Assembly: GCF_006345805.1 (NCBI RefSeq)
Contig: NC_043000.1
Coordinates: forward strand, 45,074,001 to 45,138,000
Source: Octopus sinensis
Taxonomy: Eukaryota
DNA length: 64,000 bases
Direction: 5' to 3'
Of this stretch, positions 1 to 11,810 are shown in pieces; the stretch's first letter is position 1; every line of letters starts with the position of its first letter. Both the position numbers and the translations under genes were made by a program. The notes below the pieces were generated by a model. It did no database searches. It saw nothing but the letters and a program-made list of their open reading frames with translations, and was not told the origin of the DNA.

Positions 1-37
1 TTAAAATTTAAACCTCAGTAACATTTTTCTGCAATAC

Positions 38-97
38 GTATGTATGTATGTAGTATGTATGTATGTATGTATGTATGTATGTATGTATGTATGTATG
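38..97. repeat. (TATG)n microsatellite
   Basis: Direct reading. Confidence 0.95.
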
Positions 98-339
98 AAT
101 GAATGTGTCTGTGTATGTGCGTGTGAGTGTTTATTTGCAATGGACAGCAGAAAAGAGTGAACTGGTCACCAATCGTAATCAACTTACCCCTCTCTCTTTT
201 AAGCTACCTGTTCGTAACACTCACATTTGTTTCCCTTCATTGGCATTTTAAAAGTCAATTATGTGTATGTACATGTATGTGTGCATGCATGCATTGTGTG
301 TGTATTTACGAAAGTATGTATGCAGCGTTGTGTGTATAT

Positions 340-2320
340 CCCTGAAGTCGATATCAGGCGTTATTCTCTCCTTTTTGACCTCACATATTTGAAATCCCAA
401 CTTATTTTTCTACTGAACCAAATTTCAAATTTCGTTGCTGAAAATGTAGCTTAGGAGGTGGTCAATCTAAAAATGTATAAACATCATCAAATTTTGGGAA
501 AAAACTGAATTAGTGACAAAGCGTAGGAGTTGTCACGAGTGAGTAAATGTAGACCTTAAGAATATTATTCATACACTACCATGTGTGAATGATATTAATT
601 ACAATGTAGTGTGTTCTATGAATATGAGATAGAACTTTGCAAGACACCTACATACTGAATTGAATCAAGCATTTTGCAATATTGGTTTCCAATTTTGGCA
701 GAAGGCCATCAAATCCGGAGGGAGGGGATGGAAGTTGATTACATCAACCTGAGTGCTCAGCTGATACTCATCTTATCGAATACCGCAAAGATAAAAGGCA
801 AAGACGACCTGGATGGAATTTGAACTCAGAATGTAGAGGTAGACGAAATACCGCAAAGCTTTCAGCCTGCGAGTTAACGACTCTACCAGCTCGTCGTCTT
901 AGTACTGTAATAAATAATAATATTACTTGAAAATTGTTTAACGTACTTTTGGCACATTTAGCTTATATAATAACTTCTTCATTTTTTTAAAAGATTAGTA
1001 CCACGACACTCGTCTTAATGAGTTCTATCATATGAGCTAAAAAAGAACAAAAGTTTTACACAAAAACAAAATGTTTAGGTTTAGAATTTGCTTTTAGGCG
1101 TTATCACTATTTTCGGCACATTTGGCCACAGTAGTTTTTTTGGTTTAATTTTTTTTAATATATAATTAGCATCATGGGATTCCTGTAATCGAGATCTATC
1201 AGAAAATCTAAATTTAAATACGGTTTTCTTTTGAAATAAGAATTATAATTGGAGCGAAAGTCGATTTCAGGCGTTAATCTCCTTTTTTTTCCCGCGTTTC
1301 ACCTTAGTACATTTTTTACTGAATATTTTTGCATATAATTAACATGAGCAGATTCCAGTCGTCGAGATCTATCATATAAGCTAAAATAAAATATAGATCT
1401 ATTTAAAAAAAGAAACAATTTGGACTCAATGTCGATTTCAGGCGCTTTTCTCTCGTATGTGACCTCATATTTGACGGAAACTTTTTTTCTCCTGAACCAA
1501 TTTTCAAATTTTGTACCTCGAAATGTAGCTTATGATGTGACCAATCTAAAAAAAGTAAATATAAACTAACTTGGTTAAAAACTGACTTATTGACAAAGCT
1601 TAGAAGTAGTCATGAGTGAGTAAATGCTGACCATAATAATATTATTCATACACTACCGTGTGTGAATGAAGTTTTTTGAATAGATTAGCACCGCGACACT
1701 TCTTTTGATGAGTTCTATCATATAAGTGAAAAAGAAAAAGTTTCGGTTTTTAATTTGATTTTAGGCATTACCACTTTTTTCGGTACATTTGGCCCCAGTA
1801 GTTTTCATTAACAAATTTTTGGGATATAATTCGCATCATCGGATTCTTCTAGTGGAGATCTATCAGAAAAGTTGAATTTAAATATAGTTTTCTTTAGAAA
1901 TAAGAATAATATTTGGAATTACAGTCGTTTTTAGGCGTTTATCTCCTTTTGTTTTCGCCGATTTTCACTTCAGTACTTTTGTCTAGTGAATTTTTTTCCA
2001 TATAAGTAACATGGATAGATTCCTCTCGCCGAGATCTATCATATAAACTAAAATAAAATATAGAATTCTTGAAAAGAATTTTGACTCAAAGTCGATTTCA
2101 GGCGTTACTCTCCCGTTTTTGACCTCACATATTTTACTGAAACTTTTTCTACCAAAACAATTTTCAAATTTTGTAGCTGAAAATGTAACATAAGATGTGA
2201 CCAGTGCAAAACAGTAAACATCATCTAATTTTAGTTAGTGACAAAGCTTAAACGTGGTCATGAGGGAGTAAATGTTGACTTTAAGAATATTATTCACACA
2301 CGGTAGTGTGTGAATGATAT
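340..2320. repeat. Higher-order tandem repeat: about 650-700 bp units built from about 175 bp subunits, each unit ending in a hairpin; two full units plus one partial
   Basis: Segment GACCTCACATATT...TATTATTCAYACAC..GTGTGAATGA recurs ending near 594, 1670 and 2318; subunit motif GAG(A/T)TCTATCA recurs near 1020, 1190, 1365, 1710, 1855 and 2032. Confidence 0.85.
685..900 (-). mobile_element. tRNA-derived SINE, family A, decayed
   Basis: Reverse complement aligns with the 2338-2570 copy. Confidence 0.75.
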
Positions 2321-2337
2321 ATAAACTTATTACCATT

Positions 2338-2570
2338 AAGGCGGCGAGCTGGCAGAAACGTTAGTACGCCGGGCGAAATGCGTAGTCATATTTCGTCTGC
2401 CGTTACGTTCTGATTTCAAATTCCGCCGAGGTCGACTTTGCCTTTCATCCTTTCGGGGTCGATAAATCAAGTACCAGTTACACACTGGATCGATGTAATC
2501 GACTTAATCCGTCTGTCTGTCCTTGTCTGTCCCCTCTATGTTTAGCTCCTTGTGGGTAATAAAGAAACAG
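2338..2570 (+). mobile_element. tRNA-derived SINE, family A, with 21-bp target-site duplication
   Basis: Pol III-like head (GAGCTGGCAGAA...GATTTCAAATTCC); central GCCTTTCATCCTTTCGGGGTCGATAAA domain (recalled as MetaSINE-like, unverified); flanked by ATATATAAAC(T/C)TATTACCATT at 2317-2337 and 2571-2591 (20/21 match). Confidence 0.9.
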
Positions 2571-2822
2571 ATATATAAACCTATTACCATTTTAAATATG
2601 CTTGAACTATATACGAACCTATAAGAAAGCCGTTCACGGTATTATGAAGAATGCCATGACTTTCTTACGGGTTCCAATATACCTTAAGTATATTTACACC
2701 AGTAATAAGTTAGTTGTTATACCCGTTATGTGCGTGCGTGTGTGTCTGTGTGTAGCTCCGGCCAAATAAACCCTGTCAGTATAGAGTACTCACTCTGATA
2801 AATGTGAAGTTATATTTATTAG

Positions 2823-3185
2823 GTGCATGAGCGGCTGTGTGGTAAGAATCTTGCTTTCCATCTACATGGTTCCGCGTTCGTTACTCTCCCGTTTTTGACC
2901 TCACATATTTTACTGAAATTTTTTTCTACCTTGTGAGTGGATTTGGTAGATGAAAACTAAAAGATACTGCGTGTGTTTTTACGTCTGAGTTTGTCCCCCA
3001 TCACCCCATGACAACCGGTATTAGTGCGTTTTCGCTTCTGTAGCTTAGAGATTCAGCAAAAGTGACTGATAGAATAAGTAATGGATTTTAAAGAAAAAAG
3101 GACTAGAGTCGATTCGTTCGACTAAAATCCTTCAAGGCACTGCCCCAGGATGGCCGAAGTCGAATGACTGAAACAAGTAAAAGGT
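2823..3185 (+). mobile_element. tRNA-derived SINE, family B, with an internal replacement
   Basis: Head GGCTGTGTGGTAAG, body CTTGTGAGTGGATTTGGTAGA, tail GACTGAAACAAGTAAAA shared with other copies in the window. Confidence 0.8.
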
Positions 3186-3222
3186 AATCCATAAAAATGA
3201 CTAAACATAAAAACAAACACTA

Positions 3223-3262
<40 letters not shown>

Positions 3263-3355
3263 AAATATATATATACACGCACACGTATGTATATTAGTGT
3301 TTGTTTTTATGTTTAGTCATCTTTTATGGATTACATTTTACTTGTTTCAGTCATT
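3163..3355. repeat. Inverted repeat with about 65-bp arms around a TA/TG microsatellite spacer
   Basis: 3163-3227 equals the reverse complement of 3290-3355 apart from 1 mismatch and 1 indel. Confidence 0.92.
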
Positions 3356-3419
3356 GATAGATAAATAGATAGATAGACAAAAATAGCTATCTATGTATCA
3401 TACTTAATGCAGCTCAACA

Positions 3420-3655
3420 TCAACAACTTCATCATCATTTAACGTCCATTGTCCATGCTTGCATGGGTTGGATGATTTGACCGGAGCTGGCAAGCACTAG
3501 ACTACAGTCTGATTTGGCATGATTTCTACAGCTGGATGCCTTTCCTAATGCCAACCATTTTACAAAGTGTGCTGGATACATTTACGTGGCAATGCATGGG
3601 CGCTTTTATGTTTCACTGTACAGGCACATTTACATGGCACTGGACCGGTCTTAAA
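3420..3655 (-). mobile_element. RTE LINE 3' end, decayed
   Basis: (CAT)n followed by TTTAACGTCC...GCATGGGTTGGA...CAGCTGGATGCC, homologous to the 3' end of the LINE at 9129. Confidence 0.8.
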
Positions 3656-4454
3656 AATCATATTAACTGCGGTTTTCATTTACAGATATCTCTTATGGAT
3701 TTACTGTGTTTAAAAACAAATATATGTGCAGCTGATGAAAAGCATCCAGCATCGGTTGGAAGATGATTAAATACGATTTTTATCTCTTTAAGCTTTGTCA
3801 GTATTATGTACTGATTGCTAAATCACATTCTAATGCGAAAACCATCACTACTGATACAGGAAACGGGTATAAAAACGAATCATAGGCATTGTAATTAGCT
3901 GCCCAGCTTCAAAAAAATGTTATAAGCAACAGAAGCAACATTAGATTGATATATCCGTCTGTGTACCATACTCGATGTAAATACATCATGAAAATGTGAA
4001 TTAGCTGGGGTATTCCTCTGGAGACAATATCTCTCAAGGATATCCTGTGTTTGGAAAGCACAAAATATACGAGAAGCCGATGGAAATCGTCCAGCAGCTG
4101 CGTTGAAAATACTTGATGTGCATTTCAGCCTCCTCATTGAGCTTCGTCAGTAGCATGTTTTCTGCTTTGTTATATCAGCAGTGATTGATTTTTTCATTAG
4201 CATGTGGTTGGCATTGAATATAGATGCTACTGACAAAACCGAACGAGAGAGAAATACACATCCATCTAGCAATCACATCACCATTACTGGACGATTTAAG
4301 CCAACTACTGAAATATTTGTGATTTTAAAATCTGCATCACATCTATATCTTCAAATGAATACTGCTGTTAATTTGCCTTTTCGTGATATGTTTGCATTAA
4401 GTCTGAAACACTGACGGTGATTTTAATCTAATACTGCCTCTGTTTTATATGACA

Positions 4455-4615
4455 AATATATGTGTGTGTGTCTGTGTGTGTATGTGTGTATTCTCATATA
4501 CACGTATGACTGTGCATATATATATATATATGTGTGTGTGTGTGTATGTATGTATATATATATATATATATTCTCATATTCACGTATGAATGCATATATA
4601 TATATATAATATATA

Positions 4616-4674
<59 letters not shown>

Positions 4675-4700
4675 TAATATATTTATATATATACACATAT
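4455..4700. repeat. Compound (TG)/(TA) microsatellite
   Basis: Direct reading. Confidence 0.9.
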
Positions 4701-5516
4701 GCAGACATATAACTTATAAATTATAAAACAACCAGAAAAATCTTGCAAGCATCACAGCAGATAGTGAGAAAAGGAAGCAAGTGATATTTTTGTAATAGCA
4801 CTTTGCTCATTTCTATATTTAGATACTTTCATTTGATTTGATGAAAAATGGTAGCAGACTAGATTTAGCTGGTGGTTACAGTCAAAGTGCAAATGATCAT
4901 TTCAGCAAGATAAACTAAAAAGTAAAGCAAAAAAAAAAAAAGATAAATAAATAAATAAAAAAACTAACAAAAATATTAAATCAATGTATGATGAATATAA
5001 GTGTCGATATGGAATGGTTCTGAATCACATTATAGCAAAAGTTAATATCCTAAATGTTTATAAACATCACAGAGAATATAGAATGCCGAGTATGAAAGCA
5101 TATTGACATATTGCTGACGTAGACAAAGAAAAAAGTTGTTTGATTTTTTTTTTCCTGTTATGCAATTAGAAATTTTAGATAGAAAATGAAACATATAAAT
5201 ATTTGTGTTGTGATTGCGTGTGTGTGCAGGTATGCATATATACGTACTCACACACATGTATATGTATATATATATTTTTATACGTGTTTTTTGTATATAA
5301 ACGTATGCATAAATGCATGTACTGTTGCAAAGATTCTATTTAAAAGACAGCATTTTGGTAATGACATTAGTCTTATCCAGACGTAATAAAGAACTAAAGA
5401 AGTGGCCTTGGGAATAAAGCTTAAAATGCTTGAAAACCACATATCTATTACTCACCTAATAAACTTGACATGGTTGTATATTCATATATTTCAGGCAGTA
5501 TCATCTTCAGCATATA

Positions 5517-6408
5517 CGAGTTGGAATCAAAAGGTTCCCGGGCTAGTTATGTTTAATAAAAAAAATAATAACTTATTTATCCAAGTTTCAACTTCATCTT
5601 CTTCGAAATAGTCACGTTGCGCAGCAATACACCGGTCCCAGTGTTCCTGTCACTTTTGGAATCCGGCCAGGACGTCGTTTTCCATAAGCAAGCCAAGGAC
5701 CTCCTGCGATTCTCTCTGGATTTCGACAGTGGTGTAAAAATGACGACCTTTGAGCTGCATTTGTATCTTGGGGGAAGAGATTGAAGTCCGTAGATGCTAA
5801 ATCTGGTGAATAGGGCGGGTGGGGAAGCAATACTATGTTGTTTTTGGTGAGAAACTCACGCGTGAGGAGAGCTCGGTGAAGAATCTAATTCTTTGCACTC
5901 CTCAGGTCCGGTCACTTTCACCGAATGTCCTCCCTCAAATGTTTCAAAACATCGCAATAGAAATCTTGATTGAGGGGTTCTGGCCCTGAATAGGGAGGAT
6001 GAATTCTCGATGCACAATTCCAAATTTTCGGTGGTGACGTTCATGGTAGGCCTTCCAGATCGCTCATAGTCTTCCAAGGACTTTCCCCACTTTTGAAGCT
6101 CCCATACCACTTGAAACATTGCGTACTGCTCATTTCCACATCGCATAAGCTTGCTGGAGCACGCTCAATGTCTCTGTAGCAGACTTACCAAGTTTAACGC
6201 AAAATTTCATGTTCACTCTTTGTTCCTGTACGTGACAAACTCACAGACTACAGCATACATGTGATCCTAAAACACAGGTTTCACAACTTACTAAGTAAAC
6301 ACAGCAGTGTTATATGACACACTGCCTCATGAAGGTAACGGCTAGCTCTCACTGCACATGCAACCGTATGCTGCAGAAATAACCCAGGAACCGTTTGATA
6401 CCACCTCG
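5517..6408 (-). mobile_element. Internally deleted mariner (Tc1/mariner) transposon
   Basis: 26-bp TIRs matching 22/26 (CGAGTTGGAATCAAAAGGTTCCCGGG), TA on both sides, mariner motif HPPYSPDLA, N-terminal fragments such as LEDYERSGRPT. Confidence 0.93.
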
Positions 6409-6789
6409 TACATATACATACTTATATCCATATCAGCTCTTTCAATGATTCTCTCAGAGAAGATATATTATGCCTTTATGTAATTTGAGGGATATTGAGT
6501 TTTCTAATGTGCACTGGGCTCACCTAGGATTAGAGCCCCTGAGGAAGCACTCCATGAACTAAACCCAAGATAATTGGACTACTGGCTGGTTTAGCAATAT
6601 TTCAAGTCTTAATACCTTTAAATTATAGCTTAAAGGGACAAGTTCTGTTATGAAATTTTCCAAGGACAAATACTTTTCGCCTTATCATTTTGAGAAATGT
6701 AAACATCTTTTAAATTAATTTGATAATTTATTGAAAAGTTAAACACATTGTGAATTTTCTCTTTAATGAGTTCAGTAATAAAGAATCAA

Positions 6790-7010
6790 AAATTTTCATA
6801 AATAAACAAAACATGCTTCATGCACCTTTTCTAAAGCAAATGTTTTTATTATCTCACTGATGTCATCTTTGCCTCCAAGGTTACTCTCAATATTCAGGTT
6901 GACTATGTCATTTAGTCTTTCATGTGTCATCGTGCCCTTCAAGAAAGTTTTGATGTGCTTTAATTTATTGAAAGATCTCAACTGCAGATGCTACCATTAC
7001 TGGTAACATG
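6790..7010 (-). pseudogene. hAT transposase C-terminal dimerisation-domain remnant
   Basis: RSFNKLKHIKTFLKGTMTHERLN resembles the hAT motif ERSFSxLKxIKTxLRSTMxxERL. Confidence 0.8.
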
Positions 7011-7559
7011 TAGAATATTTACTGTACAATATATACATTTGGGAAAATGTAATTTAATTTATACATTTTTATTGTCTGATCATGTCAAAGAAAAAGATAA
7101 AATTCAGTCAAGAAGGGATATGTAGTTAATACAGAGTATCTGGAGAAGGTGAAGTTAGAGGGAAAAAAGAATGCGATTTGGTGTCTGATTCTTTTTGTTG
7201 CAGTTTTTGTTGATATTGTCATTCTCTTATTCAACCTTGTGAGGAAGACCTAAAGTAAAATGTTGTACAAACATAAATATTTCATTCCTTCTAATTAATA
7301 TTTGTTGGACTGTTAGAAGATGTCCTATTTCTGTTTAAGATTGTTAGAAATTTGACTTCTATTTTTTTTTCGGGTGTCATAACCACCATGTAGATAATTC
7401 TTTTTTCTAAATCTCTGACTGTTAATCCCTGTGACTGAAAAGAGGAACCAAGATGAGCGGTTAAATGTCATACATCAAACCTGTGCCAGTGTAGAAATAC
7501 AGGTATTAAGCCATATAGATTAACTGGCTGATAGATTAATGAGAATAATGGGGGAAAGG

Positions 7560-7673
7560 GATGAGGACAACAATGATTATGATAGCAATGATGATGAGAA
7601 CACCTCTACCACCATGACTAATTACAACAGCAGTTGTAGCTATGACGACAACAATAATGATGATGACGATGAC

Positions 7674-7705
<32 letters not shown>
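7560..7705. repeat. (GAT)n-rich trinucleotide repeat
   Basis: Direct reading; explains the poly-D and poly-I ORFs. Confidence 0.9.
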
Positions 7706-9128
7706 CAGGTGTAATTATAATCACTGACAACTTTTATCTAGTTTAATGGAAAAACCTTGAAACTGAGTAAAAATATTGACAATATATAGGTATATACTGT
7801 AGAAATTGCTTTGCTTAGTATATTTATTACTTACAATAGTAGAAACATTTGCTACATAGTATTTCATGTACATTGACTCAGTTTTTATTCACTACATGGT
7901 GAGGCCTTACTATTAATATAATCTTTGACGCAATTCCTCTGTAATTGTTTCATTAAATATTTATTCGTTATAGATGCATTCTCTAAAGATCTGCAGTGAT
8001 ATTTGATTGGTCGGCATAATTAGCATCACAACCATTTTTTCCCTGTAATTTATCTGGTTTCTTGGTTTGTGATCAAGAATTTCTGTGAAATATGTTACAC
8101 AATACCCTTGCCTATTGATTAGCTAATTCATTTAATTGCCTTCATCTTATTTCTGGCTTTCATAATATTTAACAGATGAGATAATATATATATGGACATG
8201 ATACTAGTCTATCACATATAGATGGCAACAGGCATCAAAACCTCTTTGCAGCATAAGACAAAATGCATCATATTATTTATTTGGGCTTTTCACACTCTTA
8301 GTTGAAATCCCACTGGTCGGTTTTGTTTTTGATCTTCAATTCTTTTGGAGTTGATAAAATAAATTATTGATTCATAGTTTCAGAATGTCAGGATTTGTAA
8401 CAGTGTCAGACAAAGTGCCTCGTACTATTTGCTCCAACCTTTGGAGTTCTGATTTCTTGTACAATTTATCTTCATAGTTATCAGAACTTTGTCCTTGAGT
8501 TTCTTTAGCAGGTATTAAGGATTAGTTCTCTGTTTGTGGATAAGTTATTCTCTTTTAACAGCCAGTTATGGAAACCTTGGAGAAATAATGAGTCAAGGGC
8601 ACAACCTTTCTCACTGACAAAGCAGCAAAAAAGTAATCAAATGACTTTGGCTCTAGTCTAGATGCATTTGTTAATTATACAAAATTGCTGCTACTTACAA
8701 TTATAAACTATACTACATGGGCTATCACTTTATAGTGAGATTAGCCATCTCAGCAAAACATAGTGATCACCTGATTTGCTACATTAGCGATAAAATAATT
8801 ATTAAGTTTAATAATGTATATGAGTAAGCATGAAAATTAAATATATTGAAATAATGAATCACGGAAAGGAATTGTTTCCAAAGCATAGGCCTTATATTTT
8901 GCAAGGATTGGGATTAGTTATATACATATTATATATGGTTTCACATATGTAATATATATTAGGTTGAAAATTTTGATTGACTGTAATTATCGGCAATTGC
9001 TAGGAATGGTTGAAATCTACAAAACAAAAAAATAAAGAAAGAAAAGTTAGTGATGTAAATAATTCCAATAAAATCAGTAAAAAGAAACTTTTGCACACTG
9101 TAGTTTGGTGTGATTTTACCAGGTGAAG

Positions 9129-11810
9129 TCATCATCATCATCATCATCATCATCATCGTTTAACGTCCGTTCTCCATGCTAGCATGGGTTGGACGGTTCG
9201 ACCGGGGATCCAGGAAGCCAGAAGGCTGCACCAGGCTCCAGTCTTATCTGGCAATGTTTCTACAGCTAGATGCCCTTCCTAACGCCAACCACTCCGTGAG
9301 TGTAGTGGGTGCTTTTTACGTGCTACCTGCACAGGTGCCAGGCGAGGCTGGCAACGGCCATGGTCGGATTGGTGTATGTTACATGCCACCGGCACGGAAG
9401 CCAGTCGAGGTAGCGCTGGCATCGGCCACGAGTCGGATAGTGCTTTTTACGTACCACCAGACCAGGGATCCTGGCTGGTTCAATTCGATTTCGCTTGCCC
9501 CAACATGTCTTCACAAGCAAAGGGGGTTGGCATGGGTGCCTGTCGTCGGATGAGGTTCTATATCGACTTCGCTTGCCTCAACAGGTCTTTGTGTCCAAGG
9601 GAGGATAGGCATGCATAAGTGAGCTGGGCTCACTTGTCCTGCCTGGTCTTCTCATGTACAGCATATTTCCAAAGGTCTCGGTCGCTGGTCATTTCCTCAG
9701 TGAGGCCTAAAGTTCGAAGGTCGTGCTTCATCACCTCGTCCCAGGTTTTCCTGGGTCTACCTCTTCCACGGGTTCCCTCAACTGCTAGGGATTGGCACTT
9801 TCTCACACACCTATCTTCATCCATTCTCGCCACATGACCATACCAGCGCAATCGTCTCTCTTGCACACCACAACTGATGCTTCTTAGGTACAACATTTCT
9901 CTCAAGGTACTAACGCTCTGTCGAGTAAGTACACTGACATTACACATCCATCGGAGCATACTGGCTTCATTCCTCACGAGCTTATGCATGTCCTCAGCAG
10001 TCACAGCCCATGTTTCACTGCCATGTAGCATGGCAGTTCATACACATGCATCATACAGTCTGCCTTTTACTCTGAACGAGAGGCCTTTAGTCACCAGCAG
10101 AGGTAAGAGCTCCCTAAACTTTGCCCAGGCTATTCTTATTCTAGCAGTTACACTTTCAGCGCACCCACCCCCACTACTGACTTGGTCACCTAGATAACGG
10201 AAGCTATCAACTACTTCTAGTTTTTCCCCCTGGAAAGTGACGGAAGTTGTTTTCTGCAGATTTTCGGAGGTCAATGCTCCCGAGCATCTGCCACATACAA
10301 AAACTATCTTCCCAGTTAGCCTACCTTTGACATTGCTGCACCTCTTATGTGTCCATAGCTTACACTGGGTACATCTTATAGAGTTTCTACCTACACCTTT
10401 TCTACAGATCGAGCAGAGCCATCTTCCTGAAGACATTTGTGGATTGTCTACCTTTCTACTTATTAGTACTTTGGTCTTAGCTAGGTTGACTCTAAGGCCC
10501 CTTGATTCTAAACCCTCCTTCCACACCTGGAACTTCTCCTCCAGTTCTGATAATGACTCAGCAATTAGAGCAAGGTCGTCAGCATAGAGGAGCTCCCAGG
10601 GGCAACCTGTCTTGAATTCCTCCGCAATTGCCTGGAGGACTATGATAAATAGGAGGGGGCTGAGTACTGAACCCTGGTGGACCCCAACCTCTACTTTGAA
10701 TTCTTCTGTGTACATGTTGCCAACACTAACCTTACTTACGGCATCTCTGTACATGGCTTGCACAGCCCTCGCCAGCCATTCATCTATCCCTAGTTTCCTC
10801 ATTGACCACCAGATGAGGGATCGGGGGACCCTATCAAAGGCTTTCTCCATGTCAACGAAAGCCAGGTACAGGGGCTTATCTTTGGCTAGGTATTTCTCCT
10901 GCAGCTGCCTTACCAGGAATATAGCATCAGTGGTTCTTTTCCCTGGCACGAACCCAAACTGCATCTCATCTAAACTAACTCTCTCTCTAGTAACCTTCAT
11001 TAGCTGATCTAACAGCTTGATACCTCTGTAATTATTTGTATCTAGGGCATCACCTTTACCTTTGTAGCAGTTGACTAGTATGCTGCTACACCTGTCATTG
11101 GGTATGACTCCTTCGTGTATCACCTGGTTAACTATACGGGTGACTAGGTTATAGCCGACACTGCCAGATATTTTGAGCATCTCTGCAGTAATTCCTGATG
11201 GGCCTGGGGCTTTCCCTGTCTTCATGCTTCTAATTGCCTTAGCTACCACGGAACTATCAACTCGGATAGCTGGTCCCTCTGTTGGGTCAACATTCGGCAG
11301 ACTCTCTTTATCCCATTCATTTTCTTTATTCAGCAACCTTTCATAGTGGCATTTCTAAACCTCTCTCTTTGCATCCTCATTTAGCGCAAGTGAACCATCA
11401 TCCATGCGAACACACTTCTCTCCTACCACATCACGATTCTCTCTCACACACTGTCTTGCAACACGAAATACCTCAAGTCTTTGGTCCTCACGGGGCAGAA
11501 CATAGGCAAATTTTTTCTCATTGCTTCCCCTCTGGCTAAATAATCCTGTCTCCTAGCTTCCCTTCTGGCTGTCTGATACAATTCCCTGCTACCACCGTTC
11601 TTCCAGTGCTTCCAAGCCTGTCTCTTTTGTCTAATAGCCCTGTCAACCACAGTGTTCCACCACCATGTTACTCTGGGTTGAGATGGTACTTTGCTCCATC
11701 CACAGATCTGGTCAGTGGCTGTCAGCAGATTGTCCCGTAGAAATCTCCAGTCGTCTTCCACATTAAGTGAAGCTATATCCCCTTCTATTTCGTCAAAGGC
11801 TTCGAGAAGT
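9129..11810 (-). mobile_element. RTE-clade non-LTR retrotransposon, 5'-truncated, (GAT)n tail
   Basis: RT ORF, RTE-type C-terminus (RLRWYGHVARM...RGRGRPRKTW), about 480-nt 3' UTR, trinucleotide tail. Confidence 0.96.
10038..11336 (-). pseudogene. Reverse transcriptase of the RTE LINE (432-aa open stretch; stop after DACV, frameshift upstream)
   Basis: Motifs QFGF, FVDMEKAFD, GVHQGSVLSPLLF, YADD and SFRYLG. Confidence 0.95.

Noticed and set aside
4110-4155. Hammerhead-like motif on the - strand (CTGACGA...GAAA)
   Set aside because: First stem I pair is A-A and there is no Penelope context; likely chance.
3800-4420. Possible decayed hAT transposase segment (FFISMWLALNIDATDKTE)
   Set aside because: Only one weak motif; cannot be supported without an HMM search.
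4423-4698. Many ORFs rich in YI, HT, CV, LS, poly-I/D/K/S (also near 7536, 15665, 17396, 18057, 25884, 27920, 32882, 34497, 48961, 49476, 55159)
   Set aside because: They are translations of di- and trinucleotide microsatellites that lack stop codons.
9877-11007. + strand ORFs overlapping the LINE (also 61136-62258)
   Set aside because: Antisense shadow frames of the RT ORF.
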